This document shows positions 7,840-17,505 of a DNA stretch of 64,000 nucleotides, piece after piece. Position numbers and translations under genes: made by a program. Numbering within the stretch: the stretch's first letter is position 1; each line of letters starts with the position of its first letter. This stretch comes from Gemmatimonadales bacterium (GTDB lineage Bacteria > Gemmatimonadota > Gemmatimonadetes > Gemmatimonadales > GWC2-71-9). The DNA is taken from the NCBI GenBank assembly GCA_037189525.1, contig JBBCJC010000002.1, forward strand, positions 736,001 through 800,000. The letters are read 5' to 3'. The notes beneath the pieces were generated by a model. That model was given only the letters and a program-made list of their open reading frames with translations. It searched no databases and was not told the DNA's origin.

Positions 7840-10239
7840 CTAGGGGACCTTGGGAATACGCACGCGAACCGTCGCTTCATACTCAAACGGCTCGGTGTCG
7901 CCGAACATACCGCTGATCACGTTGATCTGCTGCGCCAGGTTGTTGCCCGCGCCCACTAGCACGAATCGGTTACCGAAGAGTTTGGCGGTGACCACATTGG
8001 GCTGACCCGGCGGCTGTTCCGAGGCATTGGCCTTCAGGAACTTCACCAGCCGCTCCGGGCTCGAGATCAGGTCCCAGTTCGGCGTGACCCGCCCCCGGAC
8101 GAACGCCAGCTCGGACGGCAGCAGATCGATCCCGACGCCCTCGACCCACCCGATCGGATCGTCGGCCCGATTGAAGATCGGCGCGGGGCGAACCCAGAGC
8201 TCGCGCGCTATCGCGGAGACCCGATTCTTCTCGGCCAGCTCGTCCTTTTCTCGCTCGGCGTCGATGTCGGAGAGCCAGTCGGGCGTGAAGCGCTGCCCGA
8301 TGAAATCATCGACGCCATCGAGCAACTGGTCGATCCGATCCAGATCCGCTTCGATCGCGATCTTCTGGGCGACCGTCGTGGCGGTCTTGAGCTTTTCCTC
8401 GAGATCCTTCTTGACGTCGATGATGCCGCCGACCCGCAGGTGGCGGTCCTTGAGTGTGGTGCCTTCGAGGAACTCGCCGAAGCCGTGCCGCGTGGTGCCG
8501 TGAACCATGATCGCCATCCGCGCGTCCTTCGGCAGATGGAACTGCTCCTTCTGATTGATCGGCACCAGGTCGTCTTCGTCGACATCGCCGAGGATCTTGG
8601 CCTGCCAGCGTCCGTTGATGCAGGTTTTGATCCGGACCGGCGCATGGTCCTCGGCGAAGGTGAGCGACTCGAACGTGATGTCGACCTGCTGCAGGAGCTC
8701 GACCTCGGAGCCGTCCGGATCATGCCAACCAAGCGCCAGATCGAAGGCATAGACCTCTCCTTCGTCGGGGTTGGCGGCGGGCAGCTTGTCCAGCGGCACG
8801 ATCACCCGCGCCTGCTTGGGCGCCTGGCCGGGCTGCTCGGGGGGCATGAGCACGACCTTGGGGAGGACGGAATCGTGGAACCGGATGTCCGAGGCCCAAC
8901 GGGGTGTCTGTTTGTCGCCGCCCACGAACGGCGCCATCCGGATCTGCATCAGCAGGCGGGGCCGGATCGCGATGGTGTTGCGCATGAAGCGGGTGGTGGC
9001 GCCGATCGGATGGGGACTGCGGACGAAGCTCCGTTCGGGCAGGTCGACCAGGAACTCGTAATTGCGGTCGCGCAGCGTGATCGGCGCCGTATGGGTCTTG
9101 CCGTCCCGGTCGGATTCGTTCCGGAAGTTGACGTAGCCGCCCTCGGAGGTCGCGAGAAAAAAGAACCGGACCGCCCGGACGCCGCCCTTGTTCTCGGGAA
9201 ACTTGAATCCTTCGTAACGCGAGAACGCAATCGCCTTGCAGGGATGGATCTGGGTCGGGTGGATCTCATCGGCCTGGTCCTCCCGGCCCAACGGCTTGCC
9301 CGCCCGGGCGCAGTCATATGCCCAGCGACCGGCGGCCCAGAAGTGGTCGCCCACCATCGGCCAGTAGGGCCAGCGGGGGTCGAACATCACGCCGTGCGAG
9401 CCGCCGTCGGCCGGGGGCAGCGAGATGGCGCCGACGTCGAAGAGACACTCGATGGCGCCCAGGTCGCCCTCGTCCCGCTTGACGTGCTGGCCGTAGATAT
9501 CGAGCACCGGCTTGAAGCGATCGGTACCGAGCTGCGCTTCGGGCGGATCGATGAAGTCCCTTTCCTGGCTGATCGGGACGTTGCCCTTACCGATCACCTT
9601 CCGGTAGCCGGGCAGCGGGCGGACATGGAAATGCCAACGGGAGAATTTGGTCCACTGGGTATTCGGAACGTCGTTGCAGCCCTGATAGCTCGCGGTGAGG
9701 ACGCCTTCGACCTCGCGCTCCTCCTCCTTTGACGCGTCGCGCGACTCGCCCTGATCGGGGTAGGCGAACTTGGCGGCGTCGTAGCCCGTCCGGCCCACCG
9801 GCACCCAGGCGGGGATGACGCGCATATAGCGGTCGAAGAGCGCGCTCTCGAACGCCTTGGCGATGGCCTTGGCCAGTTCCTTCTTGGCTTCCTCGATCAG
9901 GTCCTTGTCGGTGAACTTCTTGACGGCCGCGTTGACCGCCTCGATGGCGCCCACGATCACATTGACGCCCGGGATGATCTTGAGCAGCGTGTCGAGACCG
10001 TCCACCAGGGCCTTCGCCAGCTTCTGCGTGAAGCCGGATTCGACGAAATCTTGAGGGCCGCGCGCGCCCGAGCGCCGCGCCACCCCGTCGGGTTGCTCGA
10101 GCGACTTGGCGGGCACGGCCTCGTCCCGCTGGTCGACGGCGAGGTCGTAGCTCGGGCAGTTGATCCGATGGAACTGGCGGACCGCGATCTCGTGCGGCTT
10201 GGCCGTGTTGGTGTACTGGTCGATGTTCGCGAACGACAC
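7840..10239 (-). CDS. Hypothetical 799-aa protein, candidate T6SS cargo
   Basis: Long ORF with coding-like composition; starts 5 nt after the stop of the OmpA-like gene; no signal peptide. Confidence 0.7.
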   Translation of the reverse strand: MSFANIDQYTNTAKPHEIAVRQFHRINCPSYDLAVDQRDEAVPAKSLEQPDGVARRSGARGPQDFVESGFTQKLAKALVDGLDTLLKIIPGVNVIVGAIEAVNAAVKKFTDKDLIEEAKKELAKAIAKAFESALFDRYMRVIPAWVPVGRTGYDAAKFAYPDQGESRDASKEEEREVEGVLTASYQGCNDVPNTQWTKFSRWHFHVRPLPGYRKVIGKGNVPISQERDFIDPPEAQLGTDRFKPVLDIYGQHVKRDEGDLGAIECLFDVGAISLPPADGGSHGVMFDPRWPYWPMVGDHFWAAGRWAYDCARAGKPLGREDQADEIHPTQIHPCKAIAFSRYEGFKFPENKGGVRAVRFFFLATSEGGYVNFRNESDRDGKTHTAPITLRDRNYEFLVDLPERSFVRSPHPIGATTRFMRNTIAIRPRLLMQIRMAPFVGGDKQTPRWASDIRFHDSVLPKVVLMPPEQPGQAPKQARVIVPLDKLPAANPDEGEVYAFDLALGWHDPDGSEVELLQQVDITFESLTFAEDHAPVRIKTCINGRWQAKILGDVDEDDLVPINQKEQFHLPKDARMAIMVHGTTRHGFGEFLEGTTLKDRHLRVGGIIDVKKDLEEKLKTATTVAQKIAIEADLDRIDQLLDGVDDFIGQRFTPDWLSDIDAEREKDELAEKNRVSAIARELWVRPAPIFNRADDPIGWVEGVGIDLLPSELAFVRGRVTPNWDLISSPERLVKFLKANASEQPPGQPNVVTAKLFGNRFVLVGAGNNLAQQINVISGMFGDTEPFEYEATVRVRIPKVP

Positions 10240-10244
10240 GCCGG

Positions 10245-11975
10245 TCAGCTCCCGTAGTCCTCGAAGAGCTGCTTCGACGTGGGCTCGTCGCGCACTCCGG
10301 TCTCCTCGAGCTTGTGGTCCCGCTGATAGGCCACGATTACGCGGCGGCGGTCGTCGGCGTCCCAGTTCGCAAAGTCTTTGCCGGTATCGTCGGGTCCGTA
10401 GCCCAGATTGTAGAGGCGCTGAAGCATGCCCAGGTCGGCGTCCGCGTCGGACGGCGGCGGCGCATCGAGATCGAAATCCGGATCGAAGCCGTCGTCGGAC
10501 GGTTCCTGGGCACGAAGGGGCTTGAGCGCGCCGCCGTCGAGCCGGATCAGATGAAAGGTGTCCTCGTCCGGGAAGGCCTGCGAATCGACCGTGCCAGCGC
10601 CGGTCTCCGGTTCCGGGGTATCGGGATCGCGGTAGATGTCGAGCTTGAGGGCGATCTTCGTCGTGGGATGGAAGGCGGGCAGACCGATCACGCCGTTGAC
10701 GGTGGTTCGGCCCCGGATCACGGGCGCATCACGCGAGTCGCCCACGATCGCGACGAAGCGGCGGTTGGCAAGCGGAACCTGCTCGGCTGGCGGTGTCGGG
10801 CGGTCGAATCGGGTAAAGGTCGGCCGGTCGATCATGATCTGGAGCACCCAGATGCGGAGGTCGCGCTCACAGGGCGAATGCAGTGCCACGCCGTGATAGA
10901 AGCGGCAGCCGAACGTCGTCTCCTCGCGTCCCAGCTCCTTCGCCAGCTCCGGATTGGGCGGCGTCAGATTGCGCCGGTGCTCCGGTACCTCGCGGCCGAA
11001 CCGGCGCCGCTGAGTGTCGAATGCGGTTTCGCGCCGCTGCTTACCGTTCGACCAGAACCGCTTGGTGCAGCCTGTGATACCCTGTGCGGCAGCCGGGCAG
11101 GGCCACTTGTCGGGATCGATCCGGGTGCCCTTCGCGAACAGGAAGACGATGACTCGGCGGTTGGGGGCGTTGAGCGCGTCTCGACTCGCCTTGCCCTCGT
11201 CGCCGGCTTTCTCGAGCGCCGCGAGCTCCTCGCGCCCCATCAGGAACTGGGGATTGAACTCGCTGCAACCTTGGAAGGTTGCCTTGGCCTTTCCGCGGCC
11301 CAGGAAATCGTCATCGGTGAGTTCCGGAAAGTCTTCCTCGCCTTCGACGCTCGTGCGGAGGAAATCCATATACTTACCGAAGATCACGGCCCGGTTTGCC
11401 TTGGTGTTGGTGGCCGTGGAGCCAGGTGGCTGGTCGAGCGCCGCGGCGATCGCTTCGGCGGTCAGCGTATCTTGCTTACCGTCGAAGTTGCCGGGGGTGA
11501 ATCCCAGAGCGTCGAGCATCAGCTGAACCGAGCGCAGGCCCCAGGCATCGCCGGACGCGCCTTGGGGGTCGGAGTAGAGTGCTTCCCAGATCGCCACGTC
11601 CCGCCGCATCACGGCGTAGATCGAGCGGGCCCGCCGTTCGCTCAGCCACTTGTTGTAGATGTCGTTGCCGCTCGGGTCGGCGTGGCCGAAGAGCGACATC
11701 GGACAGCCGGGGTGGCGGCGGATGATCCGGCCCAGGCTTTGGAACCCCTCCCGTGCCTCAGGCGCGACGACCGAGGAGTCGAAGGCGAAGTTCGAGGGAT
11801 ACAGATTGGCGCAGGCCACCGCGACCGTGTCCTTCCGCACGGTATTGAACGCCTTGGCGCGGTCGCTGGCGGTCGGAGCGACGATGACCGGTAGCACCGC
11901 TCGGTTCGCATGACTGGCGAAGATGCCGGCGGTGGTCTCGTCGACCATGTCGGGAATGTAGATCGAGTTGGCCAT
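10245..11975 (-). CDS. OmpA-like domain protein with peptidoglycan-binding insert and C-terminal PG-binding domain
   Basis: ATG 11975 lies 2 nt after the PAAR stop; FAFDSS, GHADPSG...NKWLSERRA, NRRV; C-terminal QRLYNLGY...AYQRDHKLEETG. Confidence 0.8.
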   Translation of the reverse strand: MANSIYIPDMVDETTAGIFASHANRAVLPVIVAPTASDRAKAFNTVRKDTVAVACANLYPSNFAFDSSVVAPEAREGFQSLGRIIRRHPGCPMSLFGHADPSGNDIYNKWLSERRARSIYAVMRRDVAIWEALYSDPQGASGDAWGLRSVQLMLDALGFTPGNFDGKQDTLTAEAIAAALDQPPGSTATNTKANRAVIFGKYMDFLRTSVEGEEDFPELTDDDFLGRGKAKATFQGCSEFNPQFLMGREELAALEKAGDEGKASRDALNAPNRRVIVFLFAKGTRIDPDKWPCPAAAQGITGCTKRFWSNGKQRRETAFDTQRRRFGREVPEHRRNLTPPNPELAKELGREETTFGCRFYHGVALHSPCERDLRIWVLQIMIDRPTFTRFDRPTPPAEQVPLANRRFVAIVGDSRDAPVIRGRTTVNGVIGLPAFHPTTKIALKLDIYRDPDTPEPETGAGTVDSQAFPDEDTFHLIRLDGGALKPLRAQEPSDDGFDPDFDLDAPPPSDADADLGMLQRLYNLGYGPDDTGKDFANWDADDRRRVIVAYQRDHKLEETGVRDEPTSKQLFEDYGS

Positions 11976-11977
11976 GG

Positions 11978-13408
11978 TCAGGGCACGGTTTCGTCGGGCA
12001 GCAGATCGCCGTGCTCGTGCGCAATCCGGTTGTAAACCTTGGGGTCGTCGAACTTGCCGGTAACCTTCATCTTGTGGTCGAACTCGAATTCCTCGGTGGC
12101 CCAGCGCAACTGCACCTCGTCCTCGACGGCAAAGCCGGCAAAGTAGCCCAGGTTGTTGAGTCGCATCTGGACGCCGCGAATCGTGTTGGCGGGCGCGAGT
12201 TCTCCGATCCGCATCCACAGTGTCAGTTCGGCCGGGGAGTCGGCCGGCGGTTCGACCTCATCGTCGGGGGGCCGTTCGGCGGCGGGTTCGTGCACCGCGA
12301 GTTCGCCCGCGCGGTGCGTGTGAGAGAGCGCCTGCGACAGGCGCCCGTCGCCGTCGGTCGTATTGCCCACCACGCCGTCGACGGCTGCGCCGTCTCCGCC
12401 GGTGCCGAGGACGATGCGCGCCGTGCGATCGGCCATCGGCATCCGGTCGGCGTCGAGGACCTTGAGATTGAGCAGCAGCGCGGGCGCCGTGCCGACGAAC
12501 GCGTGCTCCTGATCGGCTGAGCGGGAAAACCGGCGCAGTTTGCGGGGCGGAGCGAGGAGCTGGTCGCTCGGCATCAGCGTGAACGGGTTGACGCGCTCCT
12601 TGCGGAGATCGTTGTTCGCGGAGTCTTCCCAGACGGTTCGCCAGCTCCGGAACTGCGCCTGGGTCGAGACGACCGCCGTATGCTCACCGGGCTGGAGGAC
12701 ATGCTCCAGCGGCTCGGTGCGCTCGTCCGCCGCGATGGCTTCGCCCTCGTCGCCTCCGTCGGCCCGGACGGCGCGATCCTCGAGGTTGAGGAAGGTGACG
12801 TGGTAGCTGCCCGGCTCGATCCCGTCGTGGCGGGCGCGGCCTCGGCCGTCTAGGAGCCCGGCGATCGGCTCGTTCTCGCCCAGCTGGAGCTCGTAGGGTT
12901 CGCCGACCATCGGATTTCCATCGTCGTCCACCAACGCGATCTCGATCCAGTGCAGCTGGGTCGGGTTCGGGGGCGGCGGCACGAAGCGCGAGGCCGCGAC
13001 CACTTCCTGCGCGCCTTGCGAGGCGCAGTCGGTGCGCGTGAAGGCCAGGCCCTTGGCCTTGGCGGCCGCCATGGTGAAGCCGGCCGCGCCGCCCGCGCCG
13101 CCGCCGGAGTCGCCGATCGTGACATTGGGAGAGCCCGCGACGATCGTTCCGCCATGGGCGGTCTGGTCGCCCATGCGTGCCGCGGGGATGCCGCCGATCA
13201 GGCAGGTCGGCGATCCGGCGACGATGACGTCGGGTGGCCCGACGCACATCGCCACGTCGCCGACGCGCGCGGCCGGCAGCCCATTGATCAGCACGGTCGG
13301 CGCGCCCTGGAACATGATGGGCCCGCCCACGTGCGGAATGGGCACGACGGCCGGCGTCTGCATCGGGCAGGCGTGCATGTCGGTGAGCCGCGCAGCCGGT
13401 TTCGACAT
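11978..13408 (-). CDS. Extended PAAR protein (PAAR + transthyretin-like + LysM-like + PG-binding)
   Basis: Three PAAR motifs (KPAARLTD, LPAARVGD, IPAARMGD) with His/Cys ligands; C-terminal QMRLNNLGY...DHKMKVTG. Confidence 0.9.
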   Translation of the reverse strand: MSKPAARLTDMHACPMQTPAVVPIPHVGGPIMFQGAPTVLINGLPAARVGDVAMCVGPPDVIVAGSPTCLIGGIPAARMGDQTAHGGTIVAGSPNVTIGDSGGGAGGAAGFTMAAAKAKGLAFTRTDCASQGAQEVVAASRFVPPPPNPTQLHWIEIALVDDDGNPMVGEPYELQLGENEPIAGLLDGRGRARHDGIEPGSYHVTFLNLEDRAVRADGGDEGEAIAADERTEPLEHVLQPGEHTAVVSTQAQFRSWRTVWEDSANNDLRKERVNPFTLMPSDQLLAPPRKLRRFSRSADQEHAFVGTAPALLLNLKVLDADRMPMADRTARIVLGTGGDGAAVDGVVGNTTDGDGRLSQALSHTHRAGELAVHEPAAERPPDDEVEPPADSPAELTLWMRIGELAPANTIRGVQMRLNNLGYFAGFAVEDEVQLRWATEEFEFDHKMKVTGKFDDPKVYNRIAHEHGDLLPDETVP

Positions 13409-13605
13409 GCCTGCAACATCGGATCAGGCCGGCCCCGTGTCTAGTCCGTCCGATGTCCCGCGGTTGCGGATGTGGAAGCCGGTGTCGTCATGGCGATGCA
13501 GGAGGGAACGCTCCGGGTACCGGAGGCCGGTGTCCCGACCGGCCGGACGATGCATGCGGGCGCGATGCTCTGGACGCCCGGCCCGAACGTTCCGAGATTA
13601 TCGAG

Positions 13606-16600
13606 ATGACTCCTCCGCCCGCAGGTACCCGAATTCGAAGGCGCGAGGCCGGCTCTTCGTTCGATCGGGCTACCGGGTCGGTCCATCGCTTCGTTTTTGG
13701 CCGATTTCGCTCCCGCCGGTTGGAGGTTGAGGACGCTCATTTCAACCTGAACAGCGCGGTGCTGCTGCCGGACGCCGTCGGCGCGGACGACAGTGATCAG
13801 AATCACGTCACCGGGCTCGGCGTGCTCCGGACCGCCTACCTGCATGCGCAGCGGCATGACGCCGACCGTCTCCTGGTAGCCGGGCACACGGATCGCTTGG
13901 GGTCCGATGCCGACAACCTGACCCTCTCGCGACGACGCTCCGCCAACGTACTCCACCTGCTCCTGGGCGACCGGGATGCCTGGGCCGCGTCGTCCCAGCA
14001 ACAACACAAAAATGAGGACATCCAGGAGATTCTGGCCTGGGTCGACCGCACGTTCGGCTGGGGGTGTCATCCGGGGCCTGTCACGGCCGCGATGAACGAT
14101 CAGACCCGGGCGGCCCTCCGCGCTTTCAAGACGCGCTACAATACCGAGTTCGACCCCGATATCACGGTCACGGGATCGATCGACGTACCGACGTGGAAGG
14201 CGTTCTTCGACCTGTATTTCCTGGAGCTCAAGGGGATGCTCCGGACCGACGACGCCGGACTCGCCACGCTCCGGTCGGGGCTCCGCTTCGTCGATGACGG
14301 GAAGAAGGGGGTCGGCTGCGGTGAGCACCATCCCGTCACCGCCGCTCATACCAGTCGAGTCGACCGCCGAGTCGAACTCCTGTTCTTCGATGCTGCCGAG
14401 CTACCGCTGCTCGACTGCCACCCGTCGGCGACGGGATGCGTACCCGGCAAATGTGAGATCTATCCGCCCGGCGCGGTATTCGACGTCGATCCGATTCCGG
14501 CCGACGATTGGACCGTGCTGCCGGTGCACCTTCGGCTCCAGTGGAAGGGGCCGGATGAGTCCGAGCACGATTTTCCCCCGGGCTTTCCGGTCATCGTCGT
14601 TCCCGGCGGAGGGGGCGCGGAGATCAACGCGCAAGTCGGCGCCGACGGCCGGCTGACCTTTTCGCTCGACCGCCGGCTCGGCTCGTTCACGCTCCGATTC
14701 GAGACGGCAAACGCGGCCTTCATCACCTCGCCGCCCGGCGGGGTGACCGGCGTCGAGGAGATGGTCTTCGAGCCCGAGCTGGCGCAGCAGATCCGCGACC
14801 GGCGGCGGTTCTGGAAGCTTCCCGCGCAGTGGTCGCTGCGCATGGCGGATTGGGCGGGTCCTACGGAGGGCGATGCCACCACGGCCGTGTTTGCCAGCCA
14901 CGAGTTCACCGGCCTCGACGATGCGTCCAAGACGGTGGGCAAACGGTCGGCGCCGGTCCGCTTCGTGCTCGATCCGCATTGGCAGTTCCTCCGCCTCACC
15001 TATTTCGACCGCTTTCACAAACGGCGGATCAGCATTCCGCGCAGTGTGGTCGAAGGGTTTCTCACGGTCGCGGCCGGCGATGCGACCGATGCCGTTCCCG
15101 ATACGGTCAGCAATTGGACCGTCAACACCGACGAGGACGCGCGGCAGTGTCTGCCGTGGGTGGTGCAACGGGACGGGTCCGGCGCCGCGGCGCCCAAGCC
15201 CGACGGGGCCGGCATGCTCAGGTACCGATCGATGGCCGGTACCTTCATCGAGTCGAGCGCGCCCAACACGCGGCGGCTCGTAACGGTGAGTAGCTCGGGT
15301 GATCCCACGCCGGCCAGTCCGTTCATCAATGCCGGGTTGGGCACGTCGGTGGACCTCAACATTCCCAATGCGGATCGGCTCCGGTTCTACGACCTGCCGG
15401 AGATCTGGAAATCGCGCGGGTACTTCGGGCGGCTCACCAACGCCGCCGGCCCGGGGCCGGTGGCCGATAATTTCTACGACCAGCTTGCCACGCAACCGAC
15501 CAGCGACGAGCGCCCGCTCTCGTTTTCGCTCGACGATATCGTGCTCTTCGAGGGGACGGACACCGGCGCGCTGAGCCGGCCGCTGCCCTGGAACGGCGGG
15601 ACCGATCGGCTGGCGCTCTTCGTCAACACCTTCGCGCCGCCGTCGGGCACGGTTACGTCCGATCCGTTCCAGGGTCTGGGCCTCTACAAGCCGGATACGG
15701 CAGGGAATCTGCCGTTCCTCAGCGAACGGGTGGCCGACACGGCGAATCGCAACTACGTCGCGGACTACCCCGATTGGGTCCGGCTGGTGGTCACGGGCGG
15801 TAATCTGTTCGACTGCTTCGATCGGCGGACGCCGGACGCCGCCGGACAGACGGTCGGAGCGCGGGCGGCGGTCCGGTTCGTGGATCTGACGCCGGCCGGC
15901 GTCGGCGTGGCGCCAGGCGCGCAGAAGGTGGCCCGCTCGCCGACCGCGGTCCGATTCTTCGTGGTGCAGCCGCTTTTCGACGCCATCACGCCGTACGCCT
16001 CGCCCGACCGGCTCTTTCCGAACAGTCGGGTCGGTCGTTTCGATATCGTGCTGCTCCGGTGCTGCGACGCCGACGGTACGACGGAGATTGCCCTCAACCT
16101 CCACTATTTCCGGTTCGCCTTCACCTTCACGCAGCAAGCGATGGAGAACGGCGCGCCGGTCCCGAACCACGCCGCGCCCGCCAATCTCGCGGGGCCGGTC
16201 GCCGCGCAGTTTCAGATCGACGCCATCGGCAACACGCTGGGGCGCTGGAACGGCCAGGACGGCCGCGGGGGCGGCGTCGATATCGTGCCGGCGACGGGCT
16301 CCGCGCTGCGGGTAATGGCGCGCTGGTTCGCGCAGGCGCTGCCGACGGGCGTATCGCACTTCCTGCTCCGCGTCTACCTTCCCGATACCCGCGCATTCAT
16401 GGGCAGCTTCGACGGCGACGGCGAGATGGGCCTCGAGGACAATCCGGGGGCCTGGGTGACGCTGGCGGGTCCGCCGCTCAGCACCAATCCCGATGTCAGC
16501 GCGACACCGGGCGACAGTCTCGTCATTGCGCACGAAGCGGGGCACGGCAACGGCTTGACCGACGAGTATACCGAGTCGTCCCGGACGGCGACCTATCTCT

Positions 16601-17505
16601 CGCAGCCGGGGATCTACAGTTTCTCCCCCGGCTCGCCCTACGATTCCGATGGGCGCTCGATGATGCTCTCCAATCGGAACGTGCGGGCCCGGCATTTCTG
16701 GCACGCGGCCGAGTGGGTCCGCCGGCAGGTGCCCGGCAATCCACCGCTTCAGGTGCGCCAGCGGATCGGCGGCACCACCTACGACTATCGGTTGCCCCCG
16801 CATCCGACGCTCGGCCGCCACTATACCACCGAGCCCTGGCACCAGGCCGCCGATACCAGCCGGGGTACGCGGGGACGGTACGATGCGTTCCTCTACACCC
16901 TCTCGCAGGACGAGTTCAGCCACCAGGTGATGGCAGGCGGTCACTTTGCCGGTGGCGCGCCGGCAGACGCGTTCGACGGCATTCTGATCATCGTGGTCAA
17001 GCTGCGGGTCCGCTTTCACGAAGATCTGTCGACGGTGGTCCGACCCGGGCTGGTGCAGATGACGCGGACCATCCAGGCCGCTTTCAACGACAAATGGATG
17101 GCGTCCGGGACGGCGCGAGGACGGCGGTTCGAGCGGTGCCTGCTGCATTTCGCGCCACGGTATGTGGTCCGCAACTATCCGGGCGACGCCTCTGACGCGA
17201 CCTTCCGGGGTCGTTACCATGCCGGCATGGGGATCACCAATCAGGCCGGGCTCGACAGCCGCGTCTCGAACCTGGTGGCGACGCACGGGATCCATTTCCG
17301 GATTCGCACCGCGGCAAGCGGCACGACTGCCTGGCAATCGTCTCATCTCCGGCTGGTGGTCGACGGTGGTCCGGGTGTCGCGCCCGGACTCGAAACAGCC
17401 TTCGGCGAAATGCTGGGCATCGATGGCACGCCCATCTCGGCGGCCGCGAGCTTCGTCGGGGTGGCCCAGGCGGTGTTGAGCGATTGTCGAGTCGTCGCGT
17501 TGTGA
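13606..17505 (+). CDS. Large putative T6SS effector: N-terminal OmpA-like/PG-binding module, C-terminal zinc metallopeptidase
   Basis: GHTDRLG...LSRRRS...DRRVELL; HEAGHGNGLTDEY at about 16531 followed by SMM (Met-turn-like). Start uncertain (ORF open from 13453). Confidence 0.75.
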   Translation: MTPPPAGTRIRRREAGSSFDRATGSVHRFVFGRFRSRRLEVEDAHFNLNSAVLLPDAVGADDSDQNHVTGLGVLRTAYLHAQRHDADRLLVAGHTDRLGSDADNLTLSRRRSANVLHLLLGDRDAWAASSQQQHKNEDIQEILAWVDRTFGWGCHPGPVTAAMNDQTRAALRAFKTRYNTEFDPDITVTGSIDVPTWKAFFDLYFLELKGMLRTDDAGLATLRSGLRFVDDGKKGVGCGEHHPVTAAHTSRVDRRVELLFFDAAELPLLDCHPSATGCVPGKCEIYPPGAVFDVDPIPADDWTVLPVHLRLQWKGPDESEHDFPPGFPVIVVPGGGGAEINAQVGADGRLTFSLDRRLGSFTLRFETANAAFITSPPGGVTGVEEMVFEPELAQQIRDRRRFWKLPAQWSLRMADWAGPTEGDATTAVFASHEFTGLDDASKTVGKRSAPVRFVLDPHWQFLRLTYFDRFHKRRISIPRSVVEGFLTVAAGDATDAVPDTVSNWTVNTDEDARQCLPWVVQRDGSGAAAPKPDGAGMLRYRSMAGTFIESSAPNTRRLVTVSSSGDPTPASPFINAGLGTSVDLNIPNADRLRFYDLPEIWKSRGYFGRLTNAAGPGPVADNFYDQLATQPTSDERPLSFSLDDIVLFEGTDTGALSRPLPWNGGTDRLALFVNTFAPPSGTVTSDPFQGLGLYKPDTAGNLPFLSERVADTANRNYVADYPDWVRLVVTGGNLFDCFDRRTPDAAGQTVGARAAVRFVDLTPAGVGVAPGAQKVARSPTAVRFFVVQPLFDAITPYASPDRLFPNSRVGRFDIVLLRCCDADGTTEIALNLHYFRFAFTFTQQAMENGAPVPNHAAPANLAGPVAAQFQIDAIGNTLGRWNGQDGRGGGVDIVPATGSALRVMARWFAQALPTGVSHFLLRVYLPDTRAFMGSFDGDGEMGLEDNPGAWVTLAGPPLSTNPDVSATPGDSLVIAHEAGHGNGLTDEYTESSRTATYLSQPGIYSFSPGSPYDSDGRSMMLSNRNVRARHFWHAAEWVRRQVPGNPPLQVRQRIGGTTYDYRLPPHPTLGRHYTTEPWHQAADTSRGTRGRYDAFLYTLSQDEFSHQVMAGGHFAGGAPADAFDGILIIVVKLRVRFHEDLSTVVRPGLVQMTRTIQAAFNDKWMASGTARGRRFERCLLHFAPRYVVRNYPGDASDATFRGRYHAGMGITNQAGLDSRVSNLVATHGIHFRIRTAASGTTAWQSSHLRLVVDGGPGVAPGLETAFGEMLGIDGTPISAAASFVGVAQAVLSDCRVVAL

